Source of the DNA: Vulcanimicrobiota bacterium
GTDB taxonomy: Bacteria; Vulcanimicrobiota; Vulcanimicrobiia; Vulcanimicrobiales; Vulcanimicrobiaceae
DNA: 64,000 nucleotides
Assembly: GCA_963820825.1 (NCBI GenBank)
Contig: CAWGBN010000006.1
Location: 192,001 to 256,000 of the forward strand
Reading direction: 5' to 3'
Part shown: piece after piece, positions 38,013 to 48,437 of the stretch
How positions within the stretch are numbered: the first letter of the stretch is position 1
How the letters are laid out: every line of letters begins with the position of its first letter
Translations under genes and position numbers: made by a program
The notes under the pieces: generated by a model
Told to the model about the DNA's origin: nothing
The model's input: only the letters and a program-made list of their open reading frames with translations
The model's database searches: none

Positions 38013-38599
38013 ACTACCACGGACGACGCGATTTCGAGGAGTTGCTCGACGACCGGCGCGGGCTGCTCGACGCGACGCACTATCCGGCGCAAGTCGAAGC
38101 GATCGCCGGCGCGATCGTGACCGCGCTGCGAAACGGCAAGAAGGTATTGTGGTGCGGCAACGGCGGGAGTGCGGCCGAGGCGCAGCACATGGCCGCCGAG
38201 CTCTCGGGTCGCTTCTTGCGCGAACGTCCCGGCCTCCATAGCGAAGCGCTCTCGGTCAACTCGTCGACGCTCACCTGCGTCGGCAACGACTACGGATACG
38301 ATCACGTCTTCTCGCGACAGGTCGAAGCCTTCGCGCATCCCGGAGACGTCGTGATCGGCATGACGACGAGCGGAAGCTCGCGCAACGTCGTGCTTGCGCT
38401 GGAGGCGGCGAAGCGCCGGGGCGCCGTTGCGGTTGCATTTACCGGAAACGGCGGGGGACGCGTCGCCGAGGTCGCCGATCTGTCGCTCGTCGGGCCCGAC
38501 GGCTACGCCGCCATCGTTCAAGAAGTCCACCAGGTGATGGCGCATATCGTCTGCGATCTCGTCGAGCAAGAACTCATCTTCGAGGGCGGGATCCGGTGA
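38009..38599 (+). CDS. gmhA: Phosphoheptose (sedoheptulose-7-phosphate) isomerase
   Basis: CGNGGSAAEAQH, GNDYG, FSRQV, TSGSS.NV, QEVH. Confidence 0.95.
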   Translation: MNYHGRRDFEELLDDRRGLLDATHYPAQVEAIAGAIVTALRNGKKVLWCGNGGSAAEAQHMAAELSGRFLRERPGLHSEALSVNSSTLTCVGNDYGYDHVFSRQVEAFAHPGDVVIGMTTSGSSRNVVLALEAAKRRGAVAVAFTGNGGGRVAEVADLSLVGPDGYAAIVQEVHQVMAHIVCDLVEQELIFEGGIR

Positions 38600-39576
38600 G
38601 CGCCGCGCTGATGGTTCCCGACGCGCGCACGCTCTTCGAACGGGCCGCCGGCCGGCGGATTCTGGTCGCCGGCGATCTGATGCTCGACGAATGGATCTGG
38701 GGCGCCGTTACGCGGATCTCGCCCGAGGCGCCCGTTCCCGTCGTGGCGGTGACCGATCACTCGTTTACGCTCGGCGGCGCGGGAAACGTTGCGAACAATT
38801 TGCGGGCGTTGCGGGCCGACGTCGTCTTCGTCGGAACGGTCGGCGACGATGCCTTTGCCGATCACGTGCGCGAACTGCTGCGCGGCGAGCAGGTTGACGA
38901 CTCGGGCGTCTTTACCATTCCCGACCGGCCGACGACGCGCAAGACGCGAATCGTCGCGCACAGCCAGCAGGTCGTGCGCGCCGATTGGGAATCGACCGCG
39001 CCGCTGGCGGCGCAGGAACGGCGGCGCTTGACCGATTTCGTTCGCGCGCATGCCGCCGAGTGCGACGCGGTCATCCTCAGCGATTACGCTAAAGGATTGC
39101 TCTGCCGCGAGCTCGTCGAAGCGGCTGCGGCCGCACCGTTGGTTCTCGCCGATCCGAAGCCGCAGAACATCGAACTCTTCGCCGGCGTCACCTGCATCGC
39201 GCCGAACGCCGCCGAGGCCGCCGAGATCACGGGCGTGCCGATCATCGACGACGCGAGTTTGGAACGCGCCGGAATGCGGCTGATCGAACTGCTCGGCTGC
39301 CGGTACGCGATCGTCACCCGCGGCGAGCACGGCATGGCCCTCTTCGGTCGCGATGGGGAGCGCCTGCAGATTCCATCGGTCGCGCGCACCGTCTACGACG
39401 TCAGCGGCGCAGGCGACACGGTCATCGCGGTGCTCGGATTAGCGCTCGCCGCGGGTGCTTCGATCGAGCAGGCGATGCAGTTGGCGAATTTCGCGGCTGG
39501 CGCGGTCGTCGGCAAGCTTGGCACGGCGACCGCCTCGCCCGAGGAGATTCTCGCACTGCTCGATCCCGCGTCATGA
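38596..39576 (+). CDS. rfaE1: Heptose-7-phosphate kinase (RfaE domain I / HldA-type)
   Basis: GDLMLDEW, RISPEAPVPVV, GGAGNVA, SDYAKG, DVSGAGDTV. Confidence 0.92.
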   Translation: MSAALMVPDARTLFERAAGRRILVAGDLMLDEWIWGAVTRISPEAPVPVVAVTDHSFTLGGAGNVANNLRALRADVVFVGTVGDDAFADHVRELLRGEQVDDSGVFTIPDRPTTRKTRIVAHSQQVVRADWESTAPLAAQERRRLTDFVRAHAAECDAVILSDYAKGLLCRELVEAAAAAPLVLADPKPQNIELFAGVTCIAPNAAEAAEITGVPIIDDASLERAGMRLIELLGCRYAIVTRGEHGMALFGRDGERLQIPSVARTVYDVSGAGDTVIAVLGLALAAGASIEQAMQLANFAAGAVVGKLGTATASPEEILALLDPAS

Positions 39577-40073
39577 TCGAGAAGTTCTTCGGCCAGCTTC
39601 TCAGTGTCGACGCCGCCGCCGCTTGGCGCGAAGAGTTACGCGCCGAGAGCCGCAGCGTCGTCTTCACGAACGGCTGCTTCGATCTAATCCACGCGGGGCA
39701 CGTCGAGTACCTCGCCTGGTCGCGCGACCAAGGCGACGCACTCATCGTCGGATTGAATGAAGACGATTCGGTTCGCCGGATCAAAGGCGCTTCGCGCCCG
39801 ATCGTTCCATTTGCGCAGCGCGCCGCCGTTCTGCTCGCCCTACGAAGCGTCGACGTCGTCGTAGGCTTCGCGGAACGCACGCCCGAGGTGCTGCTCGACC
39901 GGATTCGGCCCGACGTGCACGTCAAGAGCGATCAATACCGAGAGGACGAGCTGCCCGAACGCAGCGTCGTGCTCCAGCACGGTGGGCGCATCGCGCTCGC
40001 GCCGCACCTCGCGCGCTCGAGCACGACCGACCTGATTGCGCGCATCCTCGATGCGTATCGCCTTCACCGCTAA
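39573..40073 (+). CDS. rfaE2: Heptose-1-phosphate adenylyltransferase (RfaE domain II / HldC-type)
   Basis: VFTNGCFDLIHAGH, GLNEDDSVRRIKG, SSTT. Confidence 0.92.
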   Translation: MIEKFFGQLLSVDAAAAWREELRAESRSVVFTNGCFDLIHAGHVEYLAWSRDQGDALIVGLNEDDSVRRIKGASRPIVPFAQRAAVLLALRSVDVVVGFAERTPEVLLDRIRPDVHVKSDQYREDELPERSVVLQHGGRIALAPHLARSSTTDLIARILDAYRLHR

Positions 40074-41265
40074 CGGCCCGGGTGAAGTCGCCGGATGGCT
40101 GCGTCCGTTGTTGCGGGCACTCTACCGGCGCCGGCCCGATCTGCTCGCGATCGTCTTTCTCGTTCCCGACGATTACGCAACCGGCTTTGAAGCGCAGATG
40201 GTGCGAGAGGTCTTTCCGCAGGCCGAGATCGTCGAGCCGAAACGATACGTCAAGTTCGCGCTCGGTGGCCGACTCGAGGGAATTCCGGCCGAAGTCGACG
40301 TCGTACAGTACGTCGGCGGCGACCTTCTTCACGCCGCTCGCCTTCACGCGCGATTGAAGGGGCGGGCCGCGACGTATAAGTTCTCCCGCCGGCAGTATAG
40401 CGAGCTCTTCGACCGGGCCTTCGCGGTCGATCGGCGCAACGCGCAGGAGCTCGCCGGCTGGGGAACGCCGCTCGAGCGAATCGAGCTGGTCGGAAACCTC
40501 GCGATCGATGGCGCGCTCTTCGAGTCGAGCCTGCCGGTCGACGCGCCGCTGCCGCCCGACGGGATTCTGGTCATGCCCGGCTCCCGTTCCTACGAAGTCG
40601 AAAACTTGGTGCCGTTCTACTTCGCCGCAGCGTTACGGATGCTGCACGAGCGCCCGGGTCTGCCGATTGCGTTCGCGCTCTCGCCCTTCACGCCGCGCGA
40701 ACAGGTGCGCCACGCGATCGAGAGCGGCGGCCATCCACGCATGTACGGACGGCGCGGCCGCTTCGTCAGCGAGAACGGGTGCGATTACTTGACGACCGAA
40801 TCGGGCGACGTCCGCATTCCGGTCGTAAGGAATGCGTTGGCGGCCGCGGTGCGCGCGCGCCTCGTCTTAACGATCCCCGGAACGAAGACGATCGAGCTGG
40901 CGGTGCTCGGCAAACCGGTCGTAACGATTACGCCGCTCAACGCACCCGAGGTCGTGACGATCAACGGTCCGCTCACCTATCTCAATCGCGTCCCGCTCGT
41001 CGGGATCCCGCTCAAACGAGCCGTTGCGGTTGGTCTCTCGCGCCGCTTCGTGCATCACACGCAACCGAACATGGATGCCGGCATGTCGCTCATCCGCGAA
41101 TTTCATGGAACGGTAACGCCCGGCCGAATCGCTCGCGTCGCGCTCGAGTCGTACGACGATCGAGCCTGGCTGCAATCGGCAGGCGAGGCGCTCGCCCAGC
41201 TCTATCGAGAGCACGCCGGCGCCTCGGATCGAATGGCGGCCTCGCTGCTCGAACTCGCGGCGTAG
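40051..41265 (+). CDS. LpxB-related (lipid-A-disaccharide synthase-like) GT-B glycosyltransferase
   Basis: NGPGE N-terminal motif, MPGSR, PGT.TIELA.LGKP, PN motif; lies within the LPS cluster. Confidence 0.65.
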   Translation: MRIAFTANGPGEVAGWLRPLLRALYRRRPDLLAIVFLVPDDYATGFEAQMVREVFPQAEIVEPKRYVKFALGGRLEGIPAEVDVVQYVGGDLLHAARLHARLKGRAATYKFSRRQYSELFDRAFAVDRRNAQELAGWGTPLERIELVGNLAIDGALFESSLPVDAPLPPDGILVMPGSRSYEVENLVPFYFAAALRMLHERPGLPIAFALSPFTPREQVRHAIESGGHPRMYGRRGRFVSENGCDYLTTESGDVRIPVVRNALAAAVRARLVLTIPGTKTIELAVLGKPVVTITPLNAPEVVTINGPLTYLNRVPLVGIPLKRAVAVGLSRRFVHHTQPNMDAGMSLIREFHGTVTPGRIARVALESYDDRAWLQSAGEALAQLYREHAGASDRMAASLLELAA

Positions 41266-41270
41266 CGCTC

Positions 41271-42152
41271 GTGCAGATCTCGGTGGTGATCGCGACGAAA
41301 GATCGCGCGCAGTATCTCGAACGCGCACTGCAATCGCTCGAGCGCCAAGCCGGCGCACCGGCCTTTGAAGTGGTCGTCGTCGATAACGGCTCGACCGACG
41401 CGACCGCGGCGGTCGCGCACGCGGGCTCGGCGAGCGTCGCGGTGCGTTACTTGTACGCTCCCGAACCGAATCGCGGCAAGGCTCGCAATCGCGGGGTCGA
41501 GCTCGCGCGCGGCCGGTACCTACTCTTCTGCGACGACGACGTGCAGCTTCCGTCGGGGTGGATCGCCGCGCACGCTGCGGCCCATATGCCGGGCGAGGAG
41601 CGCATCGTCAACGGTCCGATCCTCAACGTCGCATCGTACGGATCGCGACCGAAACCGAAGGCCGCGAACTATTCCCGCGCCTTTCTCTGCACGTGCAATG
41701 CCTCGCTCTCGAAGGCGGCCTTCGCCGCCGCGGGCGGCTTTGACGAAAGCTTCGACCTCTACGGCTGGGAGGATACCGAGCTCGGCGTGCGGCTGCGTGC
41801 CGCAGGCCTGCGGTGGAGCTTTGCTTGGGATGCCTATCTCTGGCACATCAAACCCCCCGAGGAGAATACGCTTGCCGTGGAGAGCCGCAAAGCGATCGAA
41901 AAGGCGCGGATGGCGCGGCGGTTTCTCTCCAAGCATCCGTCGCGGCGCGCGCGGCTCGCGACCGGCGCGCATGCATTGAATCTGCTGCGCGCGCGATATT
42001 TGCTGCCCGACCGGCTGCTGCCGTTTTACGCGGGCCTTGCGACCAGCGATCGCGCTCCGGGCTGGATGCGGGCGCTCGCTCGCGCGCAATTCCTCGACGC
42101 CCTCTACGCGCGCGAACTGGTGCGAGCGCTCGATGGCAACGATGGCCGATAG
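41271..42152 (+). CDS. Glycosyltransferase family 2
   Basis: ISVVIATKDR, VVDNGSTD, ARNRG, FCDDD, FDESF..YGWED. Confidence 0.9.
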   Translation: MQISVVIATKDRAQYLERALQSLERQAGAPAFEVVVVDNGSTDATAAVAHAGSASVAVRYLYAPEPNRGKARNRGVELARGRYLLFCDDDVQLPSGWIAAHAAAHMPGEERIVNGPILNVASYGSRPKPKAANYSRAFLCTCNASLSKAAFAAAGGFDESFDLYGWEDTELGVRLRAAGLRWSFAWDAYLWHIKPPEENTLAVESRKAIEKARMARRFLSKHPSRRARLATGAHALNLLRARYLLPDRLLPFYAGLATSDRAPGWMRALARAQFLDALYARELVRALDGNDGR

Positions 42153-43143
42153 CCGGGCGCTGCTCTACGCCGCCGGCGGCGGCATCGGCGACTCGCTCGT
42201 CGCAACGCTGGTCGCGCGCGCACTGCGTGCGCGCTTTGCGCAGGTCGATGCGCTGACGCTCGCCGCGCATCGCGCGGTTCTCGAGCGCGTTCCCGACTTG
42301 GACGAGGTTCTGGTCGACGACGGCGGTGAGGAACGCGCGCTCGCCGAGATGCTTCGCGGGCGGGGCTATGCGGCGTGCGTGGTGACGTGGGCGACGCCGC
42401 GGACGGCTCGAGTCCCCGCGCTCGCGGCAATTCCCGTGCGCGTGGGACAGGCGCGGCGCATCTACTCGTTCCGCTTTACCGATCGCATCGTGGTGCGCAG
42501 CGAGGACGGCGACGTCACCTCGCACTGGTCGCAGATTCTGCTCGACTACGCGCGCGCGATCGGCTGCGATACCGACGATCCGTACTATCGCTTCGTCCCG
42601 ACACCCGGCGACGAACGTGAGGCCGAGGAACTTGGCCTCGGCGATCGCCGTTTCGTAATTCTCAATCCCTGTAACGCGGTTGCCTCGCGCCGCGGCATCT
42701 GGCCCTTGGACGGCTGGGCGGCGCTCGCCCGCGCGCTGCGGGCCGAGCACGGCACGCGCATCCTCGTCAGTGGATCGCCGGCGGATGCAGCGATGGCCGA
42801 GGGCATCGCCCGTCTCGCCGGCGACGACGAAATCGTCTCGATTGCCGGACGGACGAGCGTCGGCGGATTCGGCGCGCTCGCGCGCAAAGCGCAGGCGTTC
42901 GTCGGGATCACGACCGGGTCGATGCACGTTGCCGCGGCGGTCGGCTGTCCGGCGGTCGGCATCTTCCCGTTTCAATCCGACTTTCCCGAGCGCTGGGCCC
43001 CCCTCGGAAGGCGGACCGCGGTGGTGCGAGCCTCGTATCCCTGCCACAAAGGCGATACGAAAGAGAACTGCCGCGACTATGCCTGCATCGCAAATCTCGA
43101 CGTCGCGCGAATCGTCCCCTCGGTGGCTTCGCTGGTCGCATGA
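42142..43143 (+). CDS. Glycosyltransferase family 9 (heptosyltransferase-like)
   Basis: GGIGDSLV, TGSMHVAAAVG.P.VGIF, RWAP, C-terminal Cys cluster. Confidence 0.85.
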   Translation: MADSRALLYAAGGGIGDSLVATLVARALRARFAQVDALTLAAHRAVLERVPDLDEVLVDDGGEERALAEMLRGRGYAACVVTWATPRTARVPALAAIPVRVGQARRIYSFRFTDRIVVRSEDGDVTSHWSQILLDYARAIGCDTDDPYYRFVPTPGDEREAEELGLGDRRFVILNPCNAVASRRGIWPLDGWAALARALRAEHGTRILVSGSPADAAMAEGIARLAGDDEIVSIAGRTSVGGFGALARKAQAFVGITTGSMHVAAAVGCPAVGIFPFQSDFPERWAPLGRRTAVVRASYPCHKGDTKENCRDYACIANLDVARIVPSVASLVA

Positions 43144-44039
43144 TCGCCGCGACGATTCAGCTCTGCACGTACAATCGGGCCGAATTGCTCGCGCGCGTGC
43201 TCGATGCCTGTTTCGATCAGACGGGCGGCGCGCAAACCTACGAGGTCGTGCTGGTCGACGACGGTTCGACCGACGCAACGCCGAGCGCGATTGAAGTCGC
43301 GCGCGGGCGCGCAACCTGTGCGTTCACCGTCGTGACGCAGCCTAACGGCGGACTCGCGCGCGCGCGCAACGTGGGCATCGCGCGCGCGCGCGGAGAGCGA
43401 ATCATCTTCATCGACGACGACGTTCTGCCGCTCCCAAACTTCGTCGAGGAGCACTTGCGCGCCGCCGCAAGCCATCCGGGAGCTATCGTCCGCGGCGGTG
43501 CGATCGAGGTCGAGAGCTGCGACGATCTGCCGCCGCCGATCTGGAGCATCAAGAACTACAGCGGCAACTACTTTTGGACGACCAACGTCTCGGTGCCGCT
43601 CGCCACGATCCGGGGGATCGGTGCGTTCGACGAGTCGTTCGCCGAGTACGGCTGGGAGGACATCGACGTCGGCTTGCGTCTGCGCGCCGCGGGGGTGCCG
43701 GCGGTCTTTCATCCGAGCGCGCTGGTCTATCACGTCAAACCGCGACCCCGTGCGGCCGCCGTCGAGAAGATGATCGCGCAGGCGCGAGCGCAGGCCCGTA
43801 CGGCGGTGAAGCTCGTGCGGCGCCACCCGAACTGGCGCGCGTATCTCGCCACCGGAATCAATCCGGTGCAGTTGGGCTTTCATCGCGTGCTGCGATCGCT
43901 GCGGTACGACGAGCGTTTTCGCGGCCGCCTCGAGGATATTACTCCGGAGACCGAGCTGCGTGGAAGAGCGCTGCGCGCCGCGCGCGGGCTCGCCAACGAG
44001 GCCTACTTCGCCGAGCTCGACCGTGCGTTGCGCTCGTGA
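43140..44039 (+). CDS. Glycosyltransferase family 2
   Basis: CTYNR, VDDGSTD, ARNVG, FIDDD, FDESFAEYGWED. Confidence 0.9.
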   Translation: MIAATIQLCTYNRAELLARVLDACFDQTGGAQTYEVVLVDDGSTDATPSAIEVARGRATCAFTVVTQPNGGLARARNVGIARARGERIIFIDDDVLPLPNFVEEHLRAAASHPGAIVRGGAIEVESCDDLPPPIWSIKNYSGNYFWTTNVSVPLATIRGIGAFDESFAEYGWEDIDVGLRLRAAGVPAVFHPSALVYHVKPRPRAAAVEKMIAQARAQARTAVKLVRRHPNWRAYLATGINPVQLGFHRVLRSLRYDERFRGRLEDITPETELRGRALRAARGLANEAYFAELDRALRS

Positions 44040-45017
44040 GGATTCTGTTATCGCGCACCGATCGGATCGGCGATCTGGTGCTCTCGACGCCCGCGATTGC
44101 GACCGTACGGGCCTCCTTTCCGCAAGCGCATCTGGCGATCGTCACGAGCGAATACAACAGCGTCGTGATGGAACGCAACGACGACGTCGACGAGCTGATC
44201 GTCCTTCGCAATTCGGATCGCGCCGGATCGCTCGGCGCCCGGCTTCGCGGTTATGACGTCGCGATCGCACTCGCGCCGCGTGCCGTCGATCTCCAGCTCG
44301 TCGGCGCGACGCGCGCACCGCTTCGCGTCGGATATACCTACGAGCGGCGCTGGCTCGCCCGCGTCACCGCGCGGCTCTACGTCAACCGCGTCATGATTTC
44401 GGAGGCCGACCCCGCGCTCTGCGATCGCGATCCGCATCGCGTCGTCCGGCACGAAGTCGTGCAGCTGCTCGACCTCGTCGCGCTGGCCGGCGCGCAGCGG
44501 CGAGTCACGGCCCTTCGGCTCGACGTCACCGACGCGGACCGGGCGACGGCGCGCGAACTGCCCGATCACCCAATCGTCGTGCATCTCGGCCGGCGTTGGT
44601 TCACCGATGGAAGCACGCTGGAAGGAACGCTGGCGATCGTCGAACGCCTCGCCGCCCTGGCACCGGTCGTGATTACCTGCGCGCGCGACTGCGAGGAGTT
44701 CGCGGAACCCTTCGAGACGAGCCGAGCCGTCGCGGCGTTTCTTCGCGGTCTGCCGTTCCATCAGTGGGCCGCGGTTCTCGAGCGGGGACGAGCCGTGGTC
44801 ACCGTCGATACCGGTGCGACCCACGTCGCAAGTGCGGTCGGGAGGCCGGCGGTCGTTGCCTTCGAACACCGCTACTTCCGCTTGAATTTCGCAAGAATGG
44901 TCGCCGTACGGCGTGCCGCACGTGCTGGTTCGAAAGCCGGCGCGCGAAGATGCCGGCTCGATCGCGCATTTCGGCGACGAGATCGTCGGCGGCGTTGCCC
45001 GATTGCTCCATGGCTGA
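44036..45017 (+). CDS. Glycosyltransferase family 9 (frameshift near 44890)
   Basis: ILLSRTDRIGDLVLSTP, DTGATHVASAVG; the C-terminus continues in another frame. Confidence 0.85.
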
Positions 45018-45912
45018 ACTGCCCGAGATCTCGGTCGTCATTCCGACGTACAATCGCCGCGAGACGCTTGTCGCGGTGGTGCCGACGCTCCTGGCACAAG
45101 ATCTCGATTCCGCGCGATACGAGCTGCTCGTCTGCGACTCCAACTCAAACGACGGAACGGCCGAGTATCTCGCCGGAGTGCAGGCGCGCCATACTACCGT
45201 GCGACATCTCCCGGGCGCGTACGGCGGTCGCGCCGCGGCCCGCAACGCCGGGATTGCGGCGGCTCGCGGTTCGATCGTGCTCTTCAACGATGCCGACATC
45301 CTCGCGTCGCCGGACCTGCTCTCGATGCACTCTGCGCCACCATCGCGCTCGCGCGCGCATTGCCGTGGTCGGTCTCGAAGTCCAAGTCACCGACCTCGCC
45401 GACTACACGTTCAAGCGCGATCATCCCGAGGCGCGCGGGCATCTCCATCCGCCATCGCGAAAAAAACTCTCGTGGCTCTATTTTCTGACGGGCAATGCCT
45501 CCGTGCGGCGTGACGACTTGTTGAGGGTGGGTTGCTTCGACGAGAGCTTTACGGGCTACGGTCATGAAGATTTGGAGCTCGGCTATCGCTTGCAGCGCGA
45601 CGGTATCGAAATCTCTACGAGCCGCGCGCGGTAAACTACCACTGTCAGGCCGTCGGATACGAAGATCAAAAAGAAAAGATGCGCCTAGCCGGGCGCTCGA
45701 CCGCGCGCTTTTATCGCAAACATCCGGATTTCGAGGTGATGCTCAAGTTGGGGATGACGCCGCTATCGTTGGGCGCCCACTCGCTGCTCTCGAACGTACC
45801 GCACCTGCTCGGTTTCGTCGACCGGCAGGCGGGAAGGTCGCGGCTGGCACGCGAGCTCTTGCTGCAGTACTACTACGTCTCCGGCATCAAAGAGGCGCGC
45901 GATGGCCGATAG
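45010..45912 (+). CDS. Glycosyltransferase family 2 (frameshifts near 45335 and 45613)
   Basis: [39 protein letters not shown] across frames. Confidence 0.85.
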
Positions 45913-47672
45913 AGTATCCTGCGGCGCTCTTCGCGCCGCCGACGAAGGCACGACCGTCGAACTCAATGGGTGGGTGAATCGCCGTCGCGATCACGGCGGC
46001 TTGATCTTCGTCGATCTGCGCGACCACGAAGGAATCACGCAGATTGTCTTCGATCCGCAGCATCCCAGCTTCGCGCAGGCCGAACATCTCCGTCACGAAG
46101 ACGTCCTGCGCGTGCCGGCCGCGTGCGGCGCCGCCCGCCGGTACCGAGAATCCGCGCCTCGCGACCGGCGAGGTCGAGGTCGCAATCGGACTGCTCGAGG
46201 TGCTGAACCGCTCGCAGGTCCCGCCCTTCCAGGTCAATTCCGACGAAGCGGTCGACGAGAATCTCCGGCTCGAGTACCGTTATCTCGACCTGCGCCGGCC
46301 TCGCATGCAGCGCAACCTTCGGATGCGTCACCGCATCGTCAAGGCGATGCGCGATTTCTTCGACGCGCGCGATTTTCTCGAGATCGAGACGCCGATGATG
46401 ATCAAGTCGACGCCCGAAGGGGCGCGCGACTATCTGGTGCCAAGCCGCCTCTATCCCGGTACGTTCTACGCGTTGCCGCAATCGCCGCAGCTGCTCAAGC
46501 AGATCCTCATGATCGCGGGCTTTGGGAAGTACATGCAGATCGCGCGCTGCATGCGCGACGAGGATCCGCGCGCCGATCGCCTCGTCGAGTTCGTCCAGCT
46601 CGACGTCGAGCTTTCGTTCTGCACGCAAGACGAGGTACTCGACGTGATGGAATCGTGCATGCGCTACGTCTGGAAGACGGTGCTCGGCATCGAGGTACCG
46701 CCCTTCCCGCGGCTGACCCATCAAGAAGCGATTGCAAAGTACGGTCTCGACAAACCGGATCTGCGCTTCGGACTCGAGCTCGCCGGCGTATCGGAGATCT
46801 TTGCGGAGACCGAGTTCGGCGTCTTTCGCTCGGCCATCGAGGCAGGCGGCGCGGTCGTCGCGCTGCGTTATCCCGGGGGAGCCGCGCTCTCCCGACGCGA
46901 CTTCGATGCGCTGACCGAGACCGCGAAGCTCTGCGGCGCGAAGGGCATGGTTTGGATAGCGCTCGGCAGCGACGGCGTGAAATCCTCGGCGTCGCGCTTT
47001 CTCATCGAGGCGCAGATCGAGCGCGTGCGCGCCGCGCTCGGGGCGGAGACCGGCGATGCGCTGCTGCTCTTCGCCGACGCGCGCGACGTCGCATACGGCG
47101 TTGCCGGAAAGATGCGTAACGAGGTCGGCGACCGTTGCGGTCTGCGCGACCCGAACGTCTACGCCTTCGCGTGGGTTACCGGCTTTCCGTACCTCGAGCT
47201 CGACGAAGAGACGGGTCGTCCGATTCCGGCTCACCATCCTTTCACGGCGCCGGCGCCGGGCGATTGGGAGCTCATCGAGCGGGCACCGATGGAGATGCGC
47301 GCGCAGCATTACGACATGGTGCTCAACGGCTACGAGCTCGGGTCGGGTTCGATCCGCATTCACAAGGCGCAGGAGCAGCGCAAGATCTTTGAGATGTTGG
47401 GCTTAACGCCCGAGGAAATCGAGGATCGTTTCGGTTTCTTCGTGCGCGCACTCGATTACGGCGCTCCGCCGCACGGCGGCATGGCGCTGGGGATCGACCG
47501 TATCGTAATGATCGCCTGCGGCGAAGAGAACCTTCGCGAAGTCACCGCGTTTCCGAAGAATCAGGTCGCGCGCGACGTCATGATGGACGCCCCGAGTCCG
47601 GTACCTCCGGAGCTTCTCCGCGATCTCCACCTGCGGCTGGAGGCTCGCCCCGACGCGCACCGAGCGCTATGA
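45902..47672 (+). CDS. aspS: Aspartate--tRNA(Asp/Asn) ligase, likely non-discriminating (indels near 46115-46138)
   Basis: [38 protein letters not shown]. His in RRDHG and Gly in PAGT are ND-AspRS-type residues. Confidence 0.96.
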
Positions 47673-47674
47673 GG

Positions 47675-48298
47675 TTACGTGAAGGGGAGCTGTGCCATCC
47701 GGACGATGCCGTAGATCAGCGCGACGATGCCGACCGTGACGACGACGGCATGACGCGGATAGGTCATCTTGGTGCTCATTCCGGCGAGGAACGAGACCGC
47801 GGCAAAGATGACCGTCAGCAGCAAGAAATCGTCGGCGTGACGATTCGCTTCGAGCGCGGCTGAGAAATTCGATGCTGCCGCGGCCTCGAGCCGACGCGCC
47901 TGCGCCTTTGCCGGTAGCGCGTACTGGGGCATTGCGAAGGGCGAGGACGGTGCGTGGCGATTGTGCAGCGGCTTGGTCGCGAGCCACGCAACCATTGCGG
48001 TGCGCATCTCCGGGCCGAACCGGTCGTAGATGAACTGCGCGCGCCGCCGGTCTCCGGTGCTCATCGCATCGACGTAGTTCAAAAAGAGATTGACGTTGAT
48101 GGCGTTGGTTCCGACCGCCCGGTCCGCAGCCTCGGCCGATTCGATCCGGCTCGCACTGGCGACGTTGTAGAGGCGCGTCTGCACGCCGCCCCATCGCCCG
48201 GATTGATAACCGCACAACGCGGTGAGGACGGCCGCGACGGAGATCAAGACGACGGAGAGAACGTCGACCACCCGGTCGACTGCTTTCGGATCGAACAT
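47675..48298 (-). CDS. Membrane protein (DUF4337-like topology)
   Basis: N-terminal TM, helical loop, two C-terminal TMs; TATAAT upstream on the minus strand. Confidence 0.65.
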   Translation of the reverse strand: MFDPKAVDRVVDVLSVVLISVAAVLTALCGYQSGRWGGVQTRLYNVASASRIESAEAADRAVGTNAINVNLFLNYVDAMSTGDRRRAQFIYDRFGPEMRTAMVAWLATKPLHNRHAPSSPFAMPQYALPAKAQARRLEAAAASNFSAALEANRHADDFLLLTVIFAAVSFLAGMSTKMTYPRHAVVVTVGIVALIYGIVRMAQLPFT

Positions 48299-48437
48299 CC
48301 TAGGTGTAAGAGTGGCAGGCAGCGTGCACGCTAGGGCATTATATTGCCTTTATGGACGGGCTGCCTGCCCAATGCTACACTGGTACCCCCAAACAGGCCT
48401 CCGAGGCTTTGCTTTATCGTGAGGAGCGCGTCTGTCC

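Noticed and set aside
43574..45634. 686-aa GT9-GT2 fusion ORF
   Set aside because: A product of indels near 44890 and 45335; separate starts and stops are evident at 45010 and 45017.
46105..46145. aspS split into two ORFs
   Set aside because: Two apparent single-base deletions in GC runs restore VxGRVRRRPAGTENP; essential gene, so an artefact.
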